Shown: piece after piece, positions 36,436 to 44,366 of the stretch | How positions within the stretch are numbered: position 1 is the first letter of the stretch | How the letters are laid out: each line of letters starts with the position of its first letter | DNA from: an uncultured Candidatus Saccharibacteria bacterium | Lineage (GTDB): Bacteria > Patescibacteriota > Minisyncoccia > 2-02-FULL-40-12 > GWA2-44-9 | DNA: 64,000 bases | Assembly (NCBI GenBank): GCA_964444955.1 | Contig: CAYUJB010000001.1 | Location: 1,816 to 65,815, forward strand | Direction: 5' to 3' | Program-made: the position numbers and the translations under genes | The notes under the pieces: generated by a model | Told to the model about the DNA's origin: nothing | Database searches by the model: none | Seen by the model: the letters and a program-made list of their open reading frames with translations, nothing else

Positions 36436-37872
36436 CTATACGTAGTATTTTTTCATACGCTCCTGCTCCTCGTCGTCGAGGGCTTTTTTAATGCGCTCAA
36501 GGGCGGTCGCCAGCTCCTCTGGCGTCTTGGCGTCGAGTTTTTTGGCGCGAGCTAAGAGCGTCTCTTTTTCGTTGAGCGTGGGATCGTCGAGCACTTCTGC
36601 CAGCAGCGAGCTCAGGATTAGTCCGAGTTTGGGGCCAGGCGGCATCGCCAGTGCTTCCATAATGTCTTTGCCGTCCACCTTGAGCATCTTCACCGAGATG
36701 GCGTCGTGGCTCACTTTGTCGATCATGTACTTGAGGTGGCGGAGCTTGTACGGTACGGCCTTGGGTGTGCCAGAGCCAATGCGATCCCCTTCTCGCAGTC
36801 GCAACAGGTCGTCGATATTTTCGAGACCAACGTTGGCGATGAGGCGGCGCACGGATGATTCGGTGACTTCACCGACGCTGTAGTAGAACATATGGTAGCG
36901 CACTAAGAGCGCGACTTTATCGCTCAGGTCTTTGGGAAACTTCAGTCGCTCCATGATTTTCTTGGTCATCGTGCCACCGACGGCATCATGCGCATAAAAA
37001 GTGCAGTGACGTCCCTCGCCCCGCTTGGTGCGAGGTTTACCCACATCGTGGAGCAGACACGCCATGCGAACAGCAAACGAGTATTTCTTGTCGGCCGCGT
37101 ACTTCATGGTGCGCAAGTTGTGTTCCCAGACGGAATAGATGTGGTGGAGGTTTTGCTCAACGCCCAATCCTTCGCGCAGTTCAGGGAGAATGTATTTGAG
37201 CAAACCGACATCTTCGAGCAATTGGATGCCCTCGAATGCGCGCGGTGCATCGATAATTTTAATGAGCTCATCGCGCACGCGCTCAATAGAAATTTCCTTG
37301 AGCGCATCGGCATGGGCGATGAGCGCCTTGAGTGTCGCGTCTTCGATGGTGAAATCAAGCGACGTCGCAAACCGCACTGCGCGCATCATGCGCAGCGCAT
37401 CTTCGCCAAATCGTTCCGTTGCTTCCCCTACCGCGCGCAGGGTGCGCGCCTCGATATCGCGCTGCCCGCCATAGGGATCAACGATATCCCCATTACTTCG
37501 TGCCGCGATGGCGTTGACGGTGAAATCGCGGCGCGACAAATCTTCTTCGACGGTCTTTGCAAAGGTAATTGAGTCGGGGTGCCGTTTGTCGGTGTAGCCT
37601 CCTTCGGTACGAAACGGTGTTACCTGCACGGTGCGCACGATAGGGTCATCATCACGCGTCTTGATAGTGACTGTACCGAACGCATTGTCATAGAAATGAT
37701 CAGGAAAGAGCTCCTGGATTTTTTCTGGTGCTGCACCGGTGGTGATATCCCAATCGGTGGGGTGGCGACCCATCAACATGTCGCGCACGCATCCGCCTAC
37801 TATATAGGAAGGGTATCCCGCGTCTTCGAGCGTTTGCAATATCCCGCTTACTTTCGGATGAATTTCTAGCAT
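36436..37872 (-). CDS. cca: CCA-adding tRNA nucleotidyltransferase with an HD domain
   Basis: Pol-beta head YIVGGCVRDMLMGRHPTDWDITT, an HD motif (LLHDVGK), and a C-terminal tRNA-binding region. Confidence 0.8.
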   Translation of the reverse strand: MLEIHPKVSGILQTLEDAGYPSYIVGGCVRDMLMGRHPTDWDITTGAAPEKIQELFPDHFYDNAFGTVTIKTRDDDPIVRTVQVTPFRTEGGYTDKRHPDSITFAKTVEEDLSRRDFTVNAIAARSNGDIVDPYGGQRDIEARTLRAVGEATERFGEDALRMMRAVRFATSLDFTIEDATLKALIAHADALKEISIERVRDELIKIIDAPRAFEGIQLLEDVGLLKYILPELREGLGVEQNLHHIYSVWEHNLRTMKYAADKKYSFAVRMACLLHDVGKPRTKRGEGRHCTFYAHDAVGGTMTKKIMERLKFPKDLSDKVALLVRYHMFYYSVGEVTESSVRRLIANVGLENIDDLLRLREGDRIGSGTPKAVPYKLRHLKYMIDKVSHDAISVKMLKVDGKDIMEALAMPPGPKLGLILSSLLAEVLDDPTLNEKETLLARAKKLDAKTPEELATALERIKKALDDEEQERMKKYYV

Positions 37873-37877
37873 TCGTG

Positions 37878-37952
37878 TGGTGCCCCCGAAAGGAATCGAA
37901 CCTCCATCGTACCCTTAGGACGGGTCTGCTCTATCCGTTGAGCTACGGGGGC
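37878..37952 (-). tRNA. tRNA-Arg (anticodon CCU), CCA encoded
   Basis: Acceptor GCCCCCG/CGGGGGC plus discriminator A and CCA. D-arm GCTC-AACGGATA-GAGC. Anticodon loop GTCCTAA. The anticodon stem has one G27-A43 mismatch. The T-stem GGAGG/CCTTT has two G-U pairs. Confidence 0.65.
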
Positions 37953-38095
37953 GACGGATTACCAAATACCTTGCTAGAGTACCCTTTTTATGATATTTTT
38001 TCAAACGCATTCATTACGAAATGGGCCCATATGAATACATATAGGGCCCGGCGCTCACATCCATAAGATTTAGACAATCTTCTGTATGCTCACTT

Positions 38096-38169
38096 GGGCC
38101 CATAGTGAAGCGGTATCACGCATCCATGGCATGGATGAAGTCGGGGTTCGACTCCCCGTGGGTCCACCA
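38096..38169 (+). tRNA. tRNA-Ala (anticodon GGC), CCA encoded
   Basis: Acceptor GGGCCCA/UGGGUCC with G3:U70. D-arm GTGA-AGCGGTA-TCAC. Anticodon stem CATCC/GGATG with loop ATGGCAT. T-arm CGGGG-TTCGACT-CCCCG. Confidence 0.8.
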
Positions 38170-38218
38170 ACACACAAACGCTCCGCATCGCGCGGAGCGT
38201 TTGTGATATACTCTTGGT

Positions 38219-38950
38219 ATGGATGAAGAGAAGAAGGGTTCAATGAATCTCCCGGAATCGAAGTTGCCCCTGGAGAATGAGATGAAGGATATGCCACTCG
38301 ACTTTCGTTCCAGTTTTCACTGGCGTGTTTTTCGTATCATGGCGGAGTTTGTCGATGGATGGCAGTTTATCACCGACTATAAGAACACGGTCTCTATCCT
38401 CGGTTCAGCCCGTTTTACCGAAGAGAATAAATGGTACCAGGTAGCGCGTGAGTTAGGCGGCTTACTGGCAAAACAGAAAATTGGTGTCGTCACTGGCGGC
38501 GGGCCAGGCATCATGGAGGGCGGCAATCGCGGCGCCTATGAAGCCGGTGGCGAAAGCATCGGCATCACCATTCGCCTCCCCTTCGAGCAGCGCACCAACG
38601 CCTACATCACCAAGAGCCAACCATTCTACTATTTCTTTGTGCGCAAAGTGATGCTCTACTACACCGCGCAGGCGTACGTGTTTTTCCCTGGTGGATTTGG
38701 CACTCTCGATGAATTTTTTGAGCTGGTCACACTGGTGCAGACACACAAGGTAGACCGTGGCTCAGTGCCGATCATTCTGGTGGGCAAGGATTTTTGGGCT
38801 CCCCTGCTCGCCTTCATCAACGACACCGTTTTAGAAAAATATAAAACGATCGATAAAGATGATATGGCGATCTACCACCTCGTCGATACCGCGCAAGAAG
38901 CATTCGATATCATCGCGAAGTACCCGCCTCGCAAGGAGATCTATTACTAG
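38219..38950 (+). CDS. LOG family protein (cytokinin riboside 5'-monophosphate phosphoribohydrolase-like, TIGR00730-type)
   Basis: GGGPGIMEGGNRGA and PGGFGTLDEFFE motifs. The true start may be an internal Met (MNLPESK or MKDMPLD). Confidence 0.75.
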   Translation: MDEEKKGSMNLPESKLPLENEMKDMPLDFRSSFHWRVFRIMAEFVDGWQFITDYKNTVSILGSARFTEENKWYQVARELGGLLAKQKIGVVTGGGPGIMEGGNRGAYEAGGESIGITIRLPFEQRTNAYITKSQPFYYFFVRKVMLYYTAQAYVFFPGGFGTLDEFFELVTLVQTHKVDRGSVPIILVGKDFWAPLLAFINDTVLEKYKTIDKDDMAIYHLVDTAQEAFDIIAKYPPRKEIYY

Positions 38951-38971
38951 TTTCTCGTTCGTCCCAACTAT

Positions 38972-39000
38972 TTGATAAAAGCCGCCAAAAGTGGTAGAAT
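38972..39000 (+). promoter_or_regulatory. promoter for the tRNA-Ser pair (-35 TTGATA, 17-bp spacer, extended -10 TGgTAGAAT)
   Basis: TTGATA at 38972-38977 and TAGAAT at 38995-39000 preceded by TGG. The first tRNA starts at 39012. Confidence 0.45.
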
Positions 39001-39011
39001 TTGCGGCTGAA

Positions 39012-39098
39012 GGAAGCGTGGCTGAGTGGTTGAAGGCACCACACTCGAAATGTGGCATGGGGGTAACCCCATCGGAGGTTCGAATCCTCCCGCTTCCG
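39012..39098 (+). tRNA. tRNA-Ser (anticodon CGA), long variable arm
   Basis: GGAAGCG...CGCUUCC acceptor with discriminator G. Anticodon stem CCACA/TGTGG with loop CTCGAAA. 18-nt variable arm CATGGGGGTAACCCCATC. T-arm GGAGG-TTCGAAT-CCTCC. Confidence 0.8.
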
Positions 39099-39104
39099 CA
39101 GGTA

Positions 39105-39191
39105 GGTGGGGTGGCCGAGTGGTTGAAGGCACCGCTCTTGAAAAGCGGCATACGGGTAACCGTATCGTGAGTTCGAATCTCACCCCCACCG
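39105..39191 (+). tRNA. tRNA-Ser (anticodon UGA), long variable arm
   Basis: GGTGGGG/CCCCACC acceptor with discriminator G. Anticodon stem CCGCT/AGCGG with loop CTTGAAA. Variable arm CATACGGGTAACCGTATC. T-arm GTGAG-TTCGAAT-CTCAC. Confidence 0.8.
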
Positions 39192-39218
39192 CAGTGAAAT
39201 TGGTGTATACTTGCCGAT

Positions 39219-39842
39219 ATGAGTAATGTGCTTGATTTGAAGGATCATCAGCCGGGCGATGCGGTGCCCGAGCAGTTAGTTGCCGAAGTTGCGCCACTCG
39301 CGATTGCGCAGACCACATCGATCGACGAGATGGGTGAGATGCAAAGCGAAGGGTTGCCGCCAGCGACGTTGGCCGGTTTTCATTTTCCCACCGCCACTGA
39401 ATGGACGGCGCATCATCCTCTCCAGGGTTCAGCGCGCAAGCGCCACATGCTTTTCTCTGGGCTCATCGTACTGTTGGGCGTTTTGATTTCACTCTGGCAG
39501 CGCAGTCCCGCAGCGTTTATCGTGCTTCTTATCGGTGCTGGTGTACTCGAGCTACGCGAGCATATGAGTAAGCCCATGACCGTTGGCGTCGATGATCGTG
39601 GCATCAAGATTGATGATCATCGCTATGACCACGCGTCGTTTTCGTCATTTCACATTCACCGTATGCCAGATGATACGCTCGAGTTGAGTCTCCGTTCAGA
39701 TCAGCGCTTCCTCCCCCATCTACGCTTGCCGCTGGGCCAGCAGGATCCTCATCAGCTCCACGCTATTCTTACCCAGTACATTCCCCAGGGCGATCACAAG
39801 ATCCCGCTGGTGGACTACCTGATTCGGAAGCCGCGGGAGTAG
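39219..39842 (+). CDS. membrane protein, possibly a bacterial PH (bPH_2-like) domain protein
   Basis: 207 aa. Two adjacent TM helices (LFSGLIVLLGVLISLW, AAFIVLLIGAGVLEL) followed by a roughly 90-aa soluble domain. Confidence 0.35.
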   Translation: MSNVLDLKDHQPGDAVPEQLVAEVAPLAIAQTTSIDEMGEMQSEGLPPATLAGFHFPTATEWTAHHPLQGSARKRHMLFSGLIVLLGVLISLWQRSPAAFIVLLIGAGVLELREHMSKPMTVGVDDRGIKIDDHRYDHASFSSFHIHRMPDDTLELSLRSDQRFLPHLRLPLGQQDPHQLHAILTQYIPQGDHKIPLVDYLIRKPRE

Positions 39843-39998
39843 CGCACTCGGTAGGACGCTCGCTCCGCTCTCAGTAAAGCGGTTGTGCTCTCGGTATGCG
39901 GACATACCGAGCGACCTCGCTCGAAAGCAAAAGGAACGCGACGCGTTCCTTTTGCTTCACTCACTCAGTGCTCTCGGTAGGACGCTCGCTCCGCTCGC
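39843..39998. repeat. direct repeats derived from the 3' end of tRNA-Arg(GCG), plus palindromic hairpins
   Basis: Copy C3 (39966-39996) shares gtgctctcggtagga with the tRNA 3' end at 40176-40190, and shares ctcggtaggacgctcgctccgctc with copy C1 (39846-39870). A partial copy at 39884 (gtgctctcggta) runs into the palindrome CTCGGTATG-cgga-CATACCGAG. Confidence 0.5.
39929..39953. terminator. bidirectional intrinsic terminator hairpin
   Basis: AAAAGGAACGCG-a-CGCGTTCCTTTT: a perfect 8-bp GC-rich stem flanked by an A-run and a T-run. Confidence 0.5.
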
Positions 39999-40138
39999 TA
40001 TCTCACGCGAGTCGGGCTCGATTGCCTATGGCTATTCTCGCCCTCACTTTCTGAAACCATGCGGTTTCAGTTCTTCCACCACGGGAGAGACTTTCTCTCC
40101 CGACCCCTCTCTGTTCGATTCCTGCCCAGGACGAGTAA

Positions 40139-40170
40139 CAACAACGCCCAGATATATCTGGGCGTTGTTG
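40139..40170. terminator. perfect 32-nt palindrome hairpin at the 3' end of tRNA-Arg(GCG)
   Basis: CAACAACGCCCAGATA|TATCTGGGCGTTGTTG ends 8 nt from the tRNA 3' end, so it is a likely tRNA transcript terminator. Confidence 0.5.
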
Positions 40171-40177
40171 TACCTGT

Positions 40178-40248
40178 GCTCTCGGTAGGAATCGAACCTA
40201 CATTGCTAGCTCCGCAAGCTAGCGTCCTATCCATTGAACGACGAGAGC
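40178..40248 (-). tRNA. tRNA-Arg (anticodon GCG by hand fold), CCA not encoded
   Basis: Acceptor GCTCTCG/CGAGAGC with discriminator A. Anticodon stem CTAGC/GCTAG is perfect, with loop TTGCGGA. T-arm GTAGG-TTCGATT-CCTAC. An Arg GCG anticodon is unusual, so the identity call is moderate. Confidence 0.65.
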
Positions 40249-40391
40249 GTTCGTAGCCGAGCCAGCATACCTGATTATTCCCCTATTTACAATACTGTGT
40301 CGTAATCTTACGACGCGGAAAAGCTTGACTAATTTACAATAATAATGTAGTATAGTGTACGTTCCACTACGTTCTTTACCAAGGAGAAGTC

Positions 40392-41495
40392 ATGAAATAC
40401 ACATCAGTCGTTGCCGTTTTCGCCGTTGTATTGACGGCCTCTGTCGCTTCGGCGCAGCCGCCGGTCAAGCCGATCGTCTTTGCTGGTCCGTCCGGCAAAC
40501 AGCTGTGCGCCGCCGCTCTCGCATCCGGCAATTACCGGGTGTACGAGCCGACGTACTTCAATCTCCACGACCGAAATCCCACCAACGGGATGGATCGGAT
40601 TCGTGTGCAGCTCGAAGTCGACATGTGTATCAAGATGCGCATTGTCGGCGGCGTGCAGTTCGTCGTGCAGCGTGCCGGGACCTGGTTTCGTGCTCTGAAA
40701 ATGAGCGACGGTTCCTTGGCCCTCTACGCTCGCGATGATTGCGGCAACGAAGTTTTCGATGTCAGCTTTCCCGCTCCCCCGCTCCCAGTTGAGCCCCAGC
40801 GGTTGGTCATTCCGGAAATCGTATCGCAACCCGAGCGTCCTCGGCAGTTGATGACGCCGGTTGTGATCCAACCGCCTCCCCCTCCTGACGACGAAGAGGA
40901 GAGCGAGGGCGATTCTCGCTGGGGCATCACGGCTGGTGCAATGCTCGGCGAGTTTGACTCCGTTCCTATCGGGCGTGCAATCAACAGGATCTCGGGCCGC
41001 ACCGTATGCATGAAGGGTCGCGAGTTTGATCTGGGCGTGGCGCACGGTGACGTCGAGTCATCGGTGTGGCGACTCACCTTCGCTCTCAAATCGATCCGCG
41101 AAGGATCGTTTACCCAGCGTGACTGTCCCAACTGTGGTGAAGAGGTCAAAACGATTGCATCATCGGGGGTGCACGTCCTGGGAGTTCAACTCGAACGGCA
41201 ATTCCGCATCTCAGTACACGAAGGTCGTGGCATCCAGCCCATGGTGGAAGTCCACGTGGGTGCTGGCCTCATCAGTGGTAAAGCGCACGAGCAAACGCTC
41301 CGCAATTCCGTTGTCACCGCAACGCGAAATGTGGATGCAAGCGCGCTGATGAACTCCAAGGTCTTCCCCATCGCAGGGGCGGGTGTCGGCTTCATGGGTG
41401 CACTCAGTGACCATGTCGGCTATGCCGTCACGGTGGCAGGCATTGAGTATCCCGGTCGGTACTACGGGCGCATCGCGCTCACGTACTGGCCGTAA
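40392..41495 (+). CDS. secreted protein with a poly-Pro/acidic linker (hypothetical)
   Basis: Signal peptide MKYTSVVAVFAVVLTASVASA, then a PPPPPDDEEESEGD segment. The C-terminus ends in the aromatic TYWP. Followed by a terminator at 41518-41545. Confidence 0.5.
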   Translation: MKYTSVVAVFAVVLTASVASAQPPVKPIVFAGPSGKQLCAAALASGNYRVYEPTYFNLHDRNPTNGMDRIRVQLEVDMCIKMRIVGGVQFVVQRAGTWFRALKMSDGSLALYARDDCGNEVFDVSFPAPPLPVEPQRLVIPEIVSQPERPRQLMTPVVIQPPPPPDDEEESEGDSRWGITAGAMLGEFDSVPIGRAINRISGRTVCMKGREFDLGVAHGDVESSVWRLTFALKSIREGSFTQRDCPNCGEEVKTIASSGVHVLGVQLERQFRISVHEGRGIQPMVEVHVGAGLISGKAHEQTLRNSVVTATRNVDASALMNSKVFPIAGAGVGFMGALSDHVGYAVTVAGIEYPGRYYGRIALTYWP

Positions 41496-41517
41496 CGCAG
41501 TATCGTTCCTTTTCCAC

Positions 41518-41545
41518 GGGGCCTCTTCGGAGGCCCCATTTTTTT
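41518..41545 (+). terminator. Rho-independent terminator (GGGGCCTC-TTCG-GAGGCCCC plus a T-run)
   Basis: Perfect 8-bp GC stem with a TTCG tetraloop and seven T. Paired with a minus-strand terminator at 41549-41592 (GAGGGAGAGT...ACTCTCCCTC preceded by an A-run). Confidence 0.6.
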
Positions 41546-41598
41546 GTATAAAAAAAGAGGGAGAGTCGCCGGGCGGTGGCGAACTCTCCCTCGAAGAC

Positions 41599-42156
41599 TT
41601 ACCGCGTTGCCTGCACGATCGTTATGGTCTTGCCGGCAATCATTCCCGTGACCGTTCGAGCAGGTCCCGAGTTTCCCGATATGAAGAAGTTCGTACTTCC
41701 CTTCCCCAACCCAGACGCCCCACTCGTGATGATTACCCATCCTGGGTTTGAGTTCAGGCTTGCGGTCCACGGACAGTCGGCTCTCGACGCAGTTACCTGG
41801 AGGACTCCGGGCCCTCCTTGATATCCGATTGTGAGCGTAGGATCAACCTTGAGCGTACACGCAAGTGTCGGCGTCGGCGTTGGTGGTGCTGGGGGTGGCG
41901 TCGACTGTGGAGGCGCCACGGTCGGCGTAGGAGCCGGCGGCCGAGGCGTCGGCTGTGGAGGCGCCGGCGTAGGCGCAACCGTCGGAGGTCGCGGCGTCGG
42001 GGTTGCTGTCACTGACGGCCCTGATGGTGTACCGCAGCCGTCCTTGTCGCACCCGCATCCGGGCACGACGACAACGACACAAAGAACGATGATGAGACTG
42101 ATTGTTCGGAATAGACGTGAGATCACGGGCTTCCCTCCTGGGTTGTTAAAAAGCAT
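41599..42156 (-). CDS. secreted protein with a Pro/Thr-rich linker and a C-terminal beta-rich domain
   Basis: N-terminal TM/signal (ISLIIVLCVVVVVP), a roughly 60-aa PT-rich linker (PTPRPPTVAPTPAPPQPTPRPPAPTPT), and a 100-aa C-terminal domain. Confidence 0.5.
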   Translation of the reverse strand: MLFNNPGGKPVISRLFRTISLIIVLCVVVVVPGCGCDKDGCGTPSGPSVTATPTPRPPTVAPTPAPPQPTPRPPAPTPTVAPPQSTPPPAPPTPTPTLACTLKVDPTLTIGYQGGPGVLQVTASRADCPWTASLNSNPGWVIITSGASGLGKGSTNFFISGNSGPARTVTGMIAGKTITIVQATR

Positions 42157-42245
42157 TGCTAGAGCTTTGAGATAATACTTTACTCCTAATTCAAACCGAT
42201 GTCAATATGTACAAAAAACAAAGATGAAGGGATGATGAAGGACTA

Positions 42246-42274
42246 TTGACAAAAAATAATCAGTAGTATATACT
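42246..42274 (+). promoter_or_regulatory. candidate promoter (-35 TTGACA, 17-bp spacer, -10 TATACT) in an AT-rich leader
   Basis: TTGACA at 42246-42251 and TATACT at 42269-42274, roughly 60 nt upstream of the surface-protein gene at 42335. Confidence 0.3.
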
Positions 42275-42334
42275 ATATATACCTAAGAAAAGTACTTGTG
42301 CGCAGGGGCGTATTAATGTAGAAAACTAACTATT

Positions 42335-43615
42335 ATGAACATAAAAACCTCGTTTTTGCAGGGTTTCCGAGTATCAACCGTTATGGGACTTTTGAGCCTT
42401 CTTTTACTGTCTCCGCTCATGTTCGTGCCCCAAGCTAACGCCGACACTCTTTTGGTGTCTGCTGGGCTGACCGCTTCCCCTGGTACGATATGTATCGGCC
42501 AGTCGACGCATTTGAACTGGACATCTACGAATGCCACAAGCATCGTCATCAGCCCAGGGGTTGGCTCTGTTAACCCGTACGGAGGATTGGATGTGTATCC
42601 TACTCAGACTACGACATATACCATCACCGCGAGCAACACTACGGGCGGATATGGTTCATCGAACACCGGATCGGTTACGGTGTACGTCACTGGTTCTTGC
42701 GGCACCCCCACCCCTACTCCGTACAACAACGCACTCTACTGCTCGGCTACCTACTCCTACGCAAACTCTGGTGACCTCGTTTCCTTCAACGCATGGGGTG
42801 GTAACGGTACCTTCTCGTGGAATGCGACCGATGGTACCCCTTCGTACGGTTACGGTTCTTCCTTTTCGTCCCGCTTCTACAACCCGTCCTGGTACTCGGT
42901 GAGCCGTATGGTGACGGTCACGAGTGGCTATCAGACTGCCAACTGCAATGTGACCATCTATGCCGGTGGTACGACATGGACACCAACCCCAACGCCCTGG
43001 GTGAATCCCGCAGTTGATCTTGCGTTAACACAGGTTGGCCGCAACGTGACCCGTGGGCAGAGTGGTGAGTATGCTTCTTTGACGGCTCGCGGTGGCGACA
43101 CACTCGACCTGATCGTGCGCACGCGCTCGGTGAACAACTCGTACCTCTACAACACCTTTGTGACTGAGCAGCTCCCTACCGGTTTCAACTACATCCCTGG
43201 TTCTACCACGGTCAATGGGTATGTTGTTGCCGATGGTATCACCTCGACCGGCATCAATGTGGGTACTGTTGCTCCGTATGCACAGACAACCATCAAGTTC
43301 TCGGTTCGCGTTGATGGTGCCTACGTTCCTACCTGGGGCACTACGACCGTCAACAGCATCGCACAGGCACGCGCCGACAATGTTGTGACGCGCTCGGTAT
43401 CCTTGCCGATTACCCTCGGATCAAACGCGAGTATCGCAAACATTTCTTCCGTGAAGACCGGTCCTACCGACTCGCTCTGGCTCGCCCTCATGGTTGCCTT
43501 TTTGGCAACGGGTGCTTACGCCGTGTACCTGCGCACTGATCGTTTCGGTCGCCGCATGGCGCTCGCCGAAGTCGCTACACTCGCTCGCACCTCCGGTCCG
43601 AACTTTGTGAAGTAA
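42335..43615 (+). CDS. cell-surface protein with an Ig-like domain, a DUF11-like domain and a C-terminal VKTGP-TM sorting signal
   Basis: Signal peptide. Cys-bracketed Ig-like domain (CSATYSYANSGD...ANCNVTIYAG). DUF11-like block (RGGDTLDLIVRTRSVNN...EQLPTGFNYIPGSTTVNGY). C-terminus SSVKTGPTD, then TM LWLALMVAFLATGAYAVYL, then RTDRFGRR. Confidence 0.6.
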   Translation: MNIKTSFLQGFRVSTVMGLLSLLLLSPLMFVPQANADTLLVSAGLTASPGTICIGQSTHLNWTSTNATSIVISPGVGSVNPYGGLDVYPTQTTTYTITASNTTGGYGSSNTGSVTVYVTGSCGTPTPTPYNNALYCSATYSYANSGDLVSFNAWGGNGTFSWNATDGTPSYGYGSSFSSRFYNPSWYSVSRMVTVTSGYQTANCNVTIYAGGTTWTPTPTPWVNPAVDLALTQVGRNVTRGQSGEYASLTARGGDTLDLIVRTRSVNNSYLYNTFVTEQLPTGFNYIPGSTTVNGYVVADGITSTGINVGTVAPYAQTTIKFSVRVDGAYVPTWGTTTVNSIAQARADNVVTRSVSLPITLGSNASIANISSVKTGPTDSLWLALMVAFLATGAYAVYLRTDRFGRRMALAEVATLARTSGPNFVK

Positions 43616-43636
43616 CTCGCGAGATTCTCGCAAAAC

Positions 43637-43669
43637 AAAACCACCCACTCTACGGGGTGGTTTTGTTTT
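43637..43669 (+). terminator. Rho-independent terminator (AAAACCACCC-actctacg-GGGTGGTTTT plus gtttt)
   Basis: 10-bp stem followed by a T-run. A TATACT -10-like hexamer at 43672-43677 follows directly, ahead of the sortase gene. Confidence 0.5.
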
Positions 43670-43683
43670 GGTATACTACGTCT

Positions 43684-44340
43684 ATGCGTCTTCACCATCG
43701 CGGGCGGACGATTGCTATTCGCTTGTTTGTTATTTTCATTATTACCTTTGCCGGAGCGTTTTTCTTGTTGAACATTAAGTTTGTCGAAAAGAACGTGCAG
43801 TACATTCTGGCGCCCAGCACCATCACGTCGCGCGACACGCTCGGTGACGCAATCCGCCTCCTCCCCCTCTCTGAGAAGATCGAAGAGAAACCACTTTCCA
43901 ACAAGGCGACACTCGTGATTGATAAGCTGGGCATTCGCGCGCCCATCGTGTTCAATGTTGCCAACGACAACGACACCATCTACAAGCAGCTGGAGCAAGG
44001 TGTGGTGCATTATAGCGACACCGCCAAGCCGGGACTCCCCGGTGTGTCCATTGTGCTGGGGCACAGCTCTGCTTACCCGTGGTACAAGGGCGACTACGGT
44101 GCGGTCTTTGCGCTCTTGAGCAAGCTCGCTGTGGGCGATCGTTTCTATGTGCAGTACGACGATAACCGCACGTTCGTGTATGAGATGACGCAGTCGCTCA
44201 TTTTCAACCCCTTCGTCAAAGACGATCGCCTCACCGCACTTGAGAACGCACCAGGAAGCACTCTGCTTTTGATTAGCTGCTACCCGGTGGGAACGAACTA
44301 CAAACGTATTGCGATTCAGGCGATACTAGTGAAGATATAA
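43684..44340 (+). CDS. sortase (class uncertain)
   Basis: N-terminal TM anchor. Catalytic His in SIVLGHSSAY, Cys in the TLxTC-like STLLLISCYPVG, and Arg in YKRIAIQAILV. Start set to ATG 43684 because the ORF-track start at 43657 lies inside the upstream terminator. Confidence 0.75.
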   Translation: MRLHHRGRTIAIRLFVIFIITFAGAFFLLNIKFVEKNVQYILAPSTITSRDTLGDAIRLLPLSEKIEEKPLSNKATLVIDKLGIRAPIVFNVANDNDTIYKQLEQGVVHYSDTAKPGLPGVSIVLGHSSAYPWYKGDYGAVFALLSKLAVGDRFYVQYDDNRTFVYEMTQSLIFNPFVKDDRLTALENAPGSTLLLISCYPVGTNYKRIAIQAILVKI

Positions 44341-44366
44341 GACATGGAGCATGGTACACTATACAT

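Noticed and set aside
38030-38095. Promoter TAGACA…TATGCT upstream of tRNA-Ala(GGC)
   Set aside because: The spacer is only 8 bp, and no acceptable -35/-10 geometry exists. Not reported as a feature.
38070-38297. 75-aa minus-strand ORF
   Set aside because: It overlaps tRNA-Ala(GGC), which folds into a perfect cloverleaf with G3:U70, and also the start of the LOG gene. Not coding.
41793-42175. Arg-rich ORFs (RRRRR repeats) on both strands
   Set aside because: These are alternative frames of the Pro/Thr-rich linker of gene 41599-42156 (a CCN/ACN codon run). They are artefacts of the repeat.
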